Part shown: piece by piece, positions 8,938-15,545 of the stretch
Layout of the letters: the number at the start of each line of letters is the position of its first letter
How positions within the stretch are numbered: the stretch's first letter is position 1
DNA from: a virus
Lineage: Duplodnaviria > Caudoviricetes
IMG/VR virus record: IMGVR_UViG_3300017649_000012
Span: 1-36,365 of that record
Direction: 5' to 3' (one strand)
Length of the DNA: 36,365 nucleotides
The notes under the pieces: generated by a model
What the model was told of the DNA's origin: nothing
What the model saw: only the letters and a program-made list of their open reading frames with translations
Database searches by the model: none
Program-made: the position numbers and the translations under genes

Positions 8938-9027
8938 CTACCAGCCAATCACAACCAGGCCAACAACGAACAGCACGGCCAGTGGGATCGACCAGTAGCG
9001 GAGGTTGGTGAGGAGGGCGGGGAGCAT
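8938..9027 (-). CDS. Small membrane peptide (29 aa)
   Basis: MLPALLTNLRYWSIPLAVLFVVGLVVIGW; starts 2 nt after the upstream stop. Confidence 0.5.
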   Translation of the reverse strand: MLPALLTNLRYWSIPLAVLFVVGLVVIGW

Positions 9028-9029
9028 GG

Positions 9030-9239
9030 TCAGGCGTCCGTTGAAGGGGTACTGACGATTTCTTCGCGGACTTCTCGCAGGGCCAGCAGCAGCCGGCCCA
9101 GCTTGGAGTCGTAGCCCCAGTCGCCCGGCGAGCCTCCGTAACGCAGCATCGGGTCGATCACGTTCAGCCACTTAGCGCGCTCTTCGATCGACAGCGCACA
9201 CGCGGCCAGGGGGCAATCCTTGAATGCGCGGGCGGTCAT
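9030..9239 (-). CDS. Hypothetical phage protein
   Basis: 69 aa, GGSPGDWGYDSKLG motif, AAGG RBS. Confidence 0.7.
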   Translation of the reverse strand: MTARAFKDCPLAACALSIEERAKWLNVIDPMLRYGGSPGDWGYDSKLGRLLLALREVREEIVSTPSTDA

Positions 9240-9242
9240 GGC

Positions 9243-9572
9243 TCAGGCCGCCTTAAGGAACTTGGTGAACATGCCGCGGCCGTGATTAGCGCCGCCGCAC
9301 TTGCATTCGCAGGTGCCGTTATGCCGGCCGTTCAGGCACTTGGCATTGCACTCATGGCGCGAGGGGAAGGCCTTGTATTCGATCTTGCGGGTAACAGGCA
9401 GGACGGCGCCCCCCAGGTTGCCGCCGACATGGCCGACCAGCATCTGGTAGCCGTCGTAGCGCAGCATCATGGCTACGCCCTGCTCGGTGCTGCCCAGCAG
9501 CGGCTCGGCGGCGTGGTGGTGGTGGCGGTAGTGGTTGAGCGCGACTACCGGCGCGGTGGGGTGGATTTGCAT
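9243..9572 (-). CDS. Cys/His-rich putative Zn-binding protein, first gene of the PL operon
   Basis: ATG 9572 after AAAGGGA; HECNAKCLNG...CECKCGGANHG motif. Confidence 0.75.
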   Translation of the reverse strand: MQIHPTAPVVALNHYRHHHHAAEPLLGSTEQGVAMMLRYDGYQMLVGHVGGNLGGAVLPVTRKIEYKAFPSRHECNAKCLNGRHNGTCECKCGGANHGRGMFTKFLKAA

Positions 9573-9620
9573 GGCGTTTCCCTTTGTGATCGCCCCGAAG
9601 GGGGATGACAGCGCCATTGA

Positions 9621-9683
9621 TCTAGCACTGCAATGCTAGATTCTAAGCATTAAATGGCTAGTGTCAAGCAATTTGATGCTAGG
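9621..9683. promoter_or_regulatory. Three tandem repressor operators (OL1-3), consensus TCTAGCA-N6-TGCTAGA
   Basis: 9621 TCTAGCACTGCAATGCTAGA, 9643 CTAAGCATTAAATGGCTAGT, 9664 TCAAGCAATTTGATGCTAGG; 21-22 bp period. Confidence 0.85.
9640..9667 (-). promoter_or_regulatory. PL-like early leftward promoter
   Basis: TTGACA (9667-9662), 16 nt, TAGAAT (9645-9640); overlapped by operators. Confidence 0.75.
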
Positions 9684-9689
9684 ATGGAG

Positions 9690-9716
9690 AAAAAAGGCCG
9701 CCAATTACGGTGGCTC
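9690..9716 (-). terminator. Intrinsic terminator of the cI / MuF-paralog transcript
   Basis: Minus strand GCCACCG-TAAT-TGGCGGC (one mismatch) followed by CTTTTTT, about 15 nt after the 9731 stop. Confidence 0.65.
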
Positions 9717-9730
9717 TGGCAGGGGAGAAA

Positions 9731-10468
9731 TCAGGGGCGGCGCAGGAACCGCGCCATGTTCTTAAACCAGTTCGAAAGGCGCGTGCGCCACGTCGGCCCA
9801 CTTGAAGGGGCCGAAACTGTGGTTACAGCGTTGGCGGCCAATGGCTGTGTATTCTGGAAACTTGGGGTGGGGCTGAGGGGGGATGGCTCGTCGCCGTGAA
9901 CGATCAGCGCGTCCAGGTCTTCGAGCAGCGGCAGCCTCGGCTCGGCCCAGCATTTACACAGACCGCCCTCTCCAGGGTGGCCGCCTTCTGGGGGATCGTC
10001 CCACTTGAATATGGTGCCGTCGCGCTCCATGTGGTACGCGCAGATGCTGCGCCATCGGTATTCGGTTACCCCCAGTGAGGCACAGCGGTGGCGAGTGATG
10101 GCGGAGCAAACTTCGCGCATGCCGGCAACGGCGATAAGCCGAGCGAGTCCCGGGGCTACATCCAGTCTTGTTCGAAGCTGTGCTGACATCGTTGCTGCAC
10201 TAGATCCGCGGCGGACATGCTCATAGAAAAAGCCGCGCAGTGTTGGAATTGCTTCGGGATTGCCTATCTTCGGCGAGACCCTCCGCTTACCGGCTAGAGT
10301 GAGCAATGTGGCGGGGTATCCCGGCTCGCAAAGCGAGTCGATGAATCGACCATCTGCCTCAAGTGCGGCAATGATGAGCGCATCATCGCCAGAAAAAATA
10401 TTCGCCTTCAGCGCCTCGCGCCTTTCGGAATGAGCCGACCCCACGCCATTTATGCTTTTATCAGCCAT
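9731..10468 (-). CDS. Diverged SPP1 gp7/Mu gpF-like head-morphogenesis paralog in the immunity region (candidate superinfection-exclusion decoy); alternative GTG start at 10510
   Basis: GVTEYRWR...H...F.WDDPP..GHPG....CKCWAEPRLPLLEDLDALIVH aligns with the end of 20128..20967 (36/59 identical by hand); extra Pro/Ser/Thr linker and amphipathic C-terminal helix. Confidence 0.85.
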   Translation of the reverse strand: MADKSINGVGSAHSERREALKANIFSGDDALIIAALEADGRFIDSLCEPGYPATLLTLAGKRRVSPKIGNPEAIPTLRGFFYEHVRRGSSAATMSAQLRTRLDVAPGLARLIAVAGMREVCSAITRHRCASLGVTEYRWRSICAYHMERDGTIFKWDDPPEGGHPGEGGLCKCWAEPRLPLLEDLDALIVHGDEPSPLSPTPSFQNTQPLAANAVTTVSAPSSGPTWRTRLSNWFKNMARFLRRP

Positions 10469-10513
10469 GCCCACCTGACCACAAAAATGACATTCCCTCG
10501 GCGGCGCCACCTT

Positions 10514-10924
10514 TTAGGCAGTGCTTTTGATGGGAGGAGTTCCCTTCTGAATGGGGTTGCCTGCAACGTATCCGCGCGCGTTCAGCAGCAGATAGGTCCG
10601 CTCTGGCTCGTTGAGGGAGCGAAATAGCGTGAGGAGTTCGACTTCCTCCGGGGCGAGGTCTACCGCGGTTGTGGCCGTGTTGGCCAGTTTCGGCGGGGAT
10701 AGCGGATTGAAGCCGGGGACCAGCAATTGCCAAGTGTCAAATCGAAAAAACTTAGCAATTTGTTGAAGCGTCTCGACGTTCGGATTACCTGTGCCGTATT
10801 TGATGCGCCCAAGCGTGCCGTCGGCAACACCCATCAGTTTCGAGAGATTCAGACGCGAGATGTCCTGCCGCGTTTCCAGCAGCTTGGCGACACTTTGGGC
10901 GAGGATCTCTTTTACGTCTGGCAT
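10514..10924 (-). CDS. cI: CI-like repressor (XRE HTH, no peptidase domain)
   Basis: SRLNLSKLMGVADGTLGRIKYGTGNPNVETLQQIAKFF HTH; divergent from cro across the operators. Confidence 0.85.
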   Translation of the reverse strand: MPDVKEILAQSVAKLLETRQDISRLNLSKLMGVADGTLGRIKYGTGNPNVETLQQIAKFFRFDTWQLLVPGFNPLSPPKLANTATTAVDLAPEEVELLTLFRSLNEPERTYLLLNARGYVAGNPIQKGTPPIKSTA

Positions 10925-10991
10925 TGGATTGCTAGTGTATCGAGGCGAGGTAGCCTTTTGGTGCTTGATGATCTAGCCACATAATGCTAGA
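10917..10991. promoter_or_regulatory. Three OR operators
   Basis: 10972 TCTAGCCACATAATGCTAGA, 10949 GGTAGCCTTTTGGTGCTTGA, 10917 TCTGGCATTGGATTGCTAGT; same half-site spacing as OL. Confidence 0.8.
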
Positions 10992-10993
10992 TT
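10965..10993 (+). promoter_or_regulatory. PR-like promoter for cro
   Basis: TTGATG, 17 nt, TAGATT; spacer occupied by OR1. Confidence 0.7.
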
Positions 10994-11021
10994 GGCGGCA
11001 TTCAAAACTCAGGTTGCCGCC

Positions 11022-11249
11022 ATGTCTCTAATTTCTGAAGTCCGCTCGGGCCTGCAGCTGAATAAGGGCCGCTGGCCGCTCATCAGCAGGCGCGCGGGCG
11101 TGTCCTATTCCTGGCTGACGAAGTTCGCGCAGGGGCGCATCGCCAATCCCGGGGCGCGCCAACTCGAATCCGTGGAGGCCGCATTGCGCGAGCCCATGGC
11201 GGGCCAGCCGCCCGCCGAGTCCGACACAGCCGGAGCGAGCCATGCGTGA
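11022..11249 (+). CDS. cro: Cro-like HTH regulator
   Basis: WPLISRRAGVSYSWLTKFAQGRIANPG HTH, 75 aa, divergent from cI. Confidence 0.8.
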   Translation: MSLISEVRSGLQLNKGRWPLISRRAGVSYSWLTKFAQGRIANPGARQLESVEAALREPMAGQPPAESDTAGASHA

Positions 11250-11616
11250 GTTCCAGACCTATGCCGACCTGGACATTCACGCCTGGCTCGAACCTGCCGG
11301 GGGTGGTGTTCGCCTGGTGCTGGAGGGGGCCAAGATGCGAGAGGTGGCGCCGGAGTTGTTGGGCATGCGCCTGCGTGATGGAGCTGGTCGTCACATTGGC
11401 TATGCCACTTTCCGGCCCGTCAGTGATGTGTGCAACCGCTTCACCTACGAGCTGGCTCAAATCATCCCCGGGCTGACGCCGCCCGAGGGCGTGACGGAAT
11501 GGAGCCGGCCATTCGGGTATCTCATGATCGGCTGGGAGAGGGAGTTCAGAGACCAGCCGCAAGCTGCATCCGACACCGCGTCGCCTATTGGCGCAGGCGA
11601 GGAAAACCATGCATGA
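11242..11616 (+). CDS. Hypothetical protein
   Basis: 124 aa, GGAG RBS, overlaps the cro stop. Confidence 0.65.
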   Translation: MREFQTYADLDIHAWLEPAGGGVRLVLEGAKMREVAPELLGMRLRDGAGRHIGYATFRPVSDVCNRFTYELAQIIPGLTPPEGVTEWSRPFGYLMIGWEREFRDQPQAASDTASPIGAGEENHA

Positions 11617-11651
11617 GACTCCGCTGGCTGCCGCGCTGCGCGCGGTACTCC

Positions 11652-11939
11652 TTAGGCTTCTGCAGCACCTGTCGGCTGAACAAAGCCGATCGGACGACTC
11701 TCCTCGGGTTGCACCTGCATCACTGCCACAACTGATTGGTGCGGCACCCACGCTTCGTAATCCCTTGAAGGATGCAATTGCGTGGGAGACAGCCGCAGGC
11801 CGAGATAGTGCGTATTGGTCCAGTCGACGCGCGAACACTCCACTGCAGGATGACCCTCGAAGTCTGTCGTCTGCTGCCTCGCAAGTACCTCTGCCGCAGC
11901 CGATTCTCGGTGCAGCACAACATGCCAATTTCCTGCCAT
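11652..11939 (-). CDS. Hypothetical protein, antisense accessory gene
   Basis: MAGNWHVVLHRES...RPIGFVQP; GAAGGA RBS; lower GC than flanks. Confidence 0.65.
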   Translation of the reverse strand: MAGNWHVVLHRESAAAEVLARQQTTDFEGHPAVECSRVDWTNTHYLGLRLSPTQLHPSRDYEAWVPHQSVVAVMQVQPEESRPIGFVQPTGAAEA

Positions 11940-12024
11940 GGCCGGTTCCTTCTCCGAAGTAGGGTTGTGTGAGAGCACCCATTCTACGGGGCTGGAACTG
12001 GCCACCCATTGCCGCCGCCACGCC

Positions 12025-12216
12025 TCAATGCCGCGTGGCGGCCAGCTCGCGCGTGGGCTCAACGTCGCCCCGTGCGTCGACCTCGCAGCACAGCCGCCCG
12101 AACACCTCGCGCACCGTTTCCTCGCTGGCCTGGCCGAGCACACTCTCCGCGATGCTCTTGGCCAGTTGCAGCAGCGCGCGTGTGGCCTGGGCCGCGTCCC
12201 GTTCCCAATTGTCCAT
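12025..12216 (-). CDS. Hypothetical small protein, antisense accessory gene
   Basis: 63 aa, helical-looking, GGGAGA RBS. Confidence 0.55.
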   Translation of the reverse strand: MDNWERDAAQATRALLQLAKSIAESVLGQASEETVREVFGRLCCEVDARGDVEPTRELAATRH

Positions 12217-12278
12217 TCGATTTCTCCCGTCGTCCCCTACGTGATGGCGGGAATGTAACTGTCAGGAGCTCACCCCGC

Positions 12279-12878
12279 ATGCGCAACGTATCGCACAAAA
12301 CGCTGATCGCCATCGTCCGCGAACACACCACGGCCTGGCGCAAGGCCCACGGCTGGTCGCGCGAGACGATGGTTGATGCCATCGTCCAGGCCCACGAACA
12401 GCTCAACGGCCCGGCCGTGACCGGCATCCGGTTCGACCCTCACACGCAGGACACATTCTCGCGAATGAAAGTCAATGCCGACCGCGTCTCGCGTTGGCTG
12501 GACGACGACAGCAAGGACACCAACCTGCTGCCCACCAATTTCCTACCGTCGATTCTGGCGGCGATGCCGCACGACCGGCGCCGGCACTGCATCGACGACA
12601 TCCTGCGACCGCTGGGGCTGGCGGTGCGCAGCCTGCAGCTCGAGGTGCTGTGCGGCGTGGACGTGAGCCAGGTCACCAACCTGATGCGCGAACAGACCGA
12701 GGCCAGCGCCGCGGCCGCTGCCCTGTTGGATGGCACCGCCACGGCCGACGAGTTGATCCGGGCGCACCGCGAGCTCTCTGAATCCATCGTCGCCGCGCGC
12801 AGCGTGCGCGCCACCGTCGAGTCTCAGATGGCCGACGCGGGCTTGCCGCTGCCAGCCAGAGAGGGGGATGCGCTGTGA
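12279..12878 (+). CDS. CII-like/phage regulatory protein
   Basis: ATG 12279 after AGGAG; sits between cro and the replication gene; helical protein with a coiled C-terminus; function inferred from position. Confidence 0.6.
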   Translation: MRNVSHKTLIAIVREHTTAWRKAHGWSRETMVDAIVQAHEQLNGPAVTGIRFDPHTQDTFSRMKVNADRVSRWLDDDSKDTNLLPTNFLPSILAAMPHDRRRHCIDDILRPLGLAVRSLQLEVLCGVDVSQVTNLMREQTEASAAAAALLDGTATADELIRAHRELSESIVAARSVRATVESQMADAGLPLPAREGDAL

Positions 12879-12989
12879 GCGGGATCATCGGCCAGTCCAT
12901 CCTGCTGGCGCGTGGCGGGGGGGACAACATGAATTTCACCCACAACGCCCTGGCGGAGGGCGGAGCCTCAAACAGAGCAGGACGGATCT

Positions 12990-14180
12990 ATGGACACGAC
13001 GCATAGCCCCGATCTGCCTGCGCCCATGACCCCGCCGGACTGCAACCTGCGCGGCCTGCCATTCATGCCGCTGGACACCGAACGGCTGCTCGACAGCGAC
13101 ATGATGGCGCTGTCCACGGGCGAGGAGTTCAAGACAGCGCTGCGACTGTGGTGCAAGAGCTGGAGCCAGGAGCCGGCGGCATCCTTGCCGGACGACGACA
13201 GGATCCTGGCCCACCTAGCCGGCAAGGAGCTGGCCGCGTGGCGCAAGGTGCGGGCAATGGCGCTGCGCGGATTCGTGAGGTGCAGCGACGGTCGTCTGTA
13301 TCACCCGGTGATAGCAGAGAAGGCACTGGAGGCCATGCGTCGGCGAGAAGAGCACCAGGCGGCTCGCGAGGGCGATAACGAGCGCAAACGGGAGGAGCGC
13401 GAGGACCGCAAGTTGCTCTTTGCCGCGCTGCGTGACATGGGCGTGATTCTGCCAGCGAAGGGCACCAGTACGTCACACCTGCGTGAGGTCGCGGCGTCAC
13501 GCGGAATTTCCATCGTCGTCACGGAGGGTCACAAGGGCGTCACTGTGACACCCGTAGGAAGTCACAAGGAAAGTCACGGGGATGTCACGGCTAAGACAGG
13601 GACAGGGACAGGGACATATATAAAAGATAATGCGGCGGCAGCGTCTCACGCGCGTGCGCCCGCGCACGAGGACGACCCCCCGCCGCCGCCGCTTGACGGC
13701 GAAAAAACGCTCGACGAGAAGGCCCTGGCCGTGGCTGTCTGGCTGCGGCGTCGGGAAAAGGCCCGCGGCAAGCAGCCCAGGGGCACGCAGAGCAACGACC
13801 CGCGCATCGTCGCGTGGATCGCGGCTGGCGTGACCGGCACCCAGCTGGCCGAAGCCTACGAGCTGGCCGTCCTGGACCGCGAGGCAACCGGCGACCCTGG
13901 CCCGATCACGCCGGGATTCCTGGACGTGTTCGTCGCCAAGGTGCTGACCCCGCCTGCTGCGCAGAGTACGGTGAACGGCAAGCGCCAGGCGGCGCAGCTG
14001 GTCGACCCACTCGCCTGGGCCACAACCGCGTCAGGCATCGTCGCCAAGGGTGCCGAGCTGGGCCTCGAACAGGGCAAAACCGAGCCGTTTCCCGCGTTCA
14101 AACTGCGCGTCCACGCTGCCGCGAACCTGTCCGAGCAAGACCGAGCCCGGCTGCGCGCCGACTACGGGGTGCACGCATGA
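12990..14180 (+). CDS. Replication initiator (DUF1376/YdaU-like N-terminus, lambda O analogue)
   Basis: LPFMPLDTERLLDSD...LWCKSW.Q.PAASLPDDD..LA.LAG...GRLYHPV; carries internal iterons. Confidence 0.82.
   Translation: MDTTHSPDLPAPMTPPDCNLRGLPFMPLDTERLLDSDMMALSTGEEFKTALRLWCKSWSQEPAASLPDDDRILAHLAGKELAAWRKVRAMALRGFVRCSDGRLYHPVIAEKALEAMRRREEHQAAREGDNERKREEREDRKLLFAALRDMGVILPAKGTSTSHLREVAASRGISIVVTEGHKGVTVTPVGSHKESHGDVTAKTGTGTGTYIKDNAAAASHARAPAHEDDPPPPPLDGEKTLDEKALAVAVWLRRREKARGKQPRGTQSNDPRIVAWIAAGVTGTQLAEAYELAVLDREATGDPGPITPGFLDVFVAKVLTPPAAQSTVNGKRQAAQLVDPLAWATTASGIVAKGAELGLEQGKTEPFPAFKLRVHAAANLSEQDRARLRADYGVHA
13472..13630 (+). repeat. Iteron array, putative replication origin
   Basis: GTCAC at 13472, 13496, 13518, 13528, 13539, 13561, 13573, 13584 (inverted GTGAC at 13545), then (GACAGG)x3.7 at 13595-13616 and AT-rich ATATATAAAAGATAAT. 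Confidence 0.75.
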
Positions 14181-14401
14181 TCGCCACCGTCCAATGCGTG
14201 CGCTGCGCGCTGTTCACGCTGCGCGAATCGCCGCGCTACGCCGAGCTGGGCTTGGGCCGCTGTGCCGCCATGGCCGGCCGGCCCGGCACGTTCGTCAGTC
14301 CGGAATTTCCCCGGCAGTGCCGGGACCACCAACCCACGACCCCGGCCAAAGCCGAGGCGCGTATCGAATGGCTGCGCAGCCTGCGCGGCGAGGGAGCATG
14401 A
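14177..14401 (+). CDS. Small Cys-rich protein
   Basis: MIATVQCVRC...GRC...RQC; ATGA-coupled on both sides. Confidence 0.7.
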   Translation: MIATVQCVRCALFTLRESPRYAELGLGRCAAMAGRPGTFVSPEFPRQCRDHQPTTPAKAEARIEWLRSLRGEGA

Positions 14402-14889
14402 TGCCGAACCAGATCGTTTTCACCGTACCGGGCGTGCCCAGGGGGAAGGGGCGCGCGAAGTCCAGCTCGCGCATTGGCCGGGATCCCCGGACTGGCGCAG
14501 CGCGCGTTTTCACGCGCCACTACACGCCGGAGGCCACGGCCGCCTACGAAAGCCTGGTGAAACTGGCCGCGGCCCGCGCCATGGCCGGCCGGCCGCCCTA
14601 TACCGGGGCGATACGCATGGACATGGAGATTGTCCTGCCCATCCCGCAGTCGTGGTCCGGTGTGCGCAAGCGGCGTGCAGCCGCCGGCCAGATTGCGCCC
14701 ACGGTCAAACCGGACGCGGACAACGTCGAGAAGGCCGTGAAGGACGGCATCAGTGGCGTGGTGTATTGCGACGACACCCAGGTGGTGCTGGACAGCAAGC
14801 GCAAGGTCTACGGTGCCTCGCCTGGCGTCACCGTGGTGGTGACCCTCCTCGAGGGGATCGAACCCGCCCAAGGAGCGAATCGTGCGTGA
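14398..14889 (+). CDS. rusA: RusA-family Holliday junction resolvase
   Basis: FTVPGVPRGKGR, KPDADNVEKAVKDG, DDTQV catalytic motifs. Confidence 0.92.
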   Translation: MMPNQIVFTVPGVPRGKGRAKSSSRIGRDPRTGAARVFTRHYTPEATAAYESLVKLAAARAMAGRPPYTGAIRMDMEIVLPIPQSWSGVRKRRAAAGQIAPTVKPDADNVEKAVKDGISGVVYCDDTQVVLDSKRKVYGASPGVTVVVTLLEGIEPAQGANRA

Positions 14890-15508
14890 ACCCGGAACGT
14901 TCTCCTGCCCCGAGCACGCCATCGCCGTGGCCTACCTGATGCTGGCCTATCCGATCGAGCCCAAAAACCCCACGCAGCTGGTCTGCGAGGCCCTGCAGGA
15001 GCGTTTCGACGTGGAGTACGAGCGCAAGGAGCTGTCGGGCCTGACGCCGCACGACTGGCACGCGCAGGCGGTTTTCACCATCAAGGTCCTGGAGCGCACG
15101 CTGGGCGACAACATCGGCTTTCACATCCTGCAGGCGCAGTACGGCACGGGCGAGGAGGGCGCCATCAGCGCGCGGCGCGTGTCGGAGTGGTTGAACCCGG
15201 AGGCGCCGGCGGACAGCCGGGAGCGCGAGCTCACCGACCTGTTGGTGGGCAACATCCTGCGCGGGCGGCCGCGGCTGCGCGATCTGTGCGATCGCTTCGA
15301 CCTGCCGTATTCGGCGTTGCAGCGCCCGGCCAGCGCTTACCGGGTGCTGGTGGAAGGCGCGCGTCGCGCGGCGCTGAAACGCCTGGATATTCGCATGCGC
15401 GATGCCGATATCGTCGTGGACCTGGAAGGGGACGTGAAGCCCACGGCACTTGACAACGTGAATCAAGATGAGCAGAATTCGCCCAGACTCGTAGCAAGTA
15501 CGACCTGA
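14882..15508 (+). CDS. Putative late-gene regulator (Q-like antiterminator by position)
   Basis: GTG start with AAGGAG; follows rusA; C-terminal HTH-like LRDLCDRFDLPYSAL; followed by a promoter plus terminator. Confidence 0.6.
   Translation: MREPGTFSCPEHAIAVAYLMLAYPIEPKNPTQLVCEALQERFDVEYERKELSGLTPHDWHAQAVFTIKVLERTLGDNIGFHILQAQYGTGEEGAISARRVSEWLNPEAPADSRERELTDLLVGNILRGRPRLRDLCDRFDLPYSALQRPASAYRVLVEGARRAALKRLDIRMRDADIVVDLEGDVKPTALDNVNQDEQNSPRLVASTT
15450..15478 (+). promoter_or_regulatory. Late promoter (pR'-like) inside the 3' end of the Q-like gene
   Basis: TTGACA, 17 nt, CAGAAT. Confidence 0.7.
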
Positions 15509-15510
15509 CG

Positions 15511-15545
15511 AAACGCCCCGGCCAAAAACCGGGGCGTTTTGCATT
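15511..15545 (+). terminator. Intrinsic terminator (tR'-like, possibly bidirectional)
   Basis: AAACGCCCCGG-CCAAAAA-CCGGGGCGTTT perfect 11-bp stem followed by TGCATTT. Confidence 0.88.

Noticed and set aside
9621-9683. Regularly spaced palindromes as a mini-CRISPR array
   Set aside because: Repeats abut without spacers, overlap a promoter and recur at OR; they are best explained as operators.
9731-10510. The MuF paralog as a MuF polymorphic toxin
   Set aside because: MuF toxins sit in the head module with a C-terminal toxin domain and a downstream immunity gene; here the extension is only a linker plus a ~19-aa helix and no immunity ORF follows.
12875-13006. 43-aa ORF with a G7 tract before the replication gene (possible phase variation)
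   Set aside because: G7 is unremarkable at this GC content and the peptide has no recognisable features.
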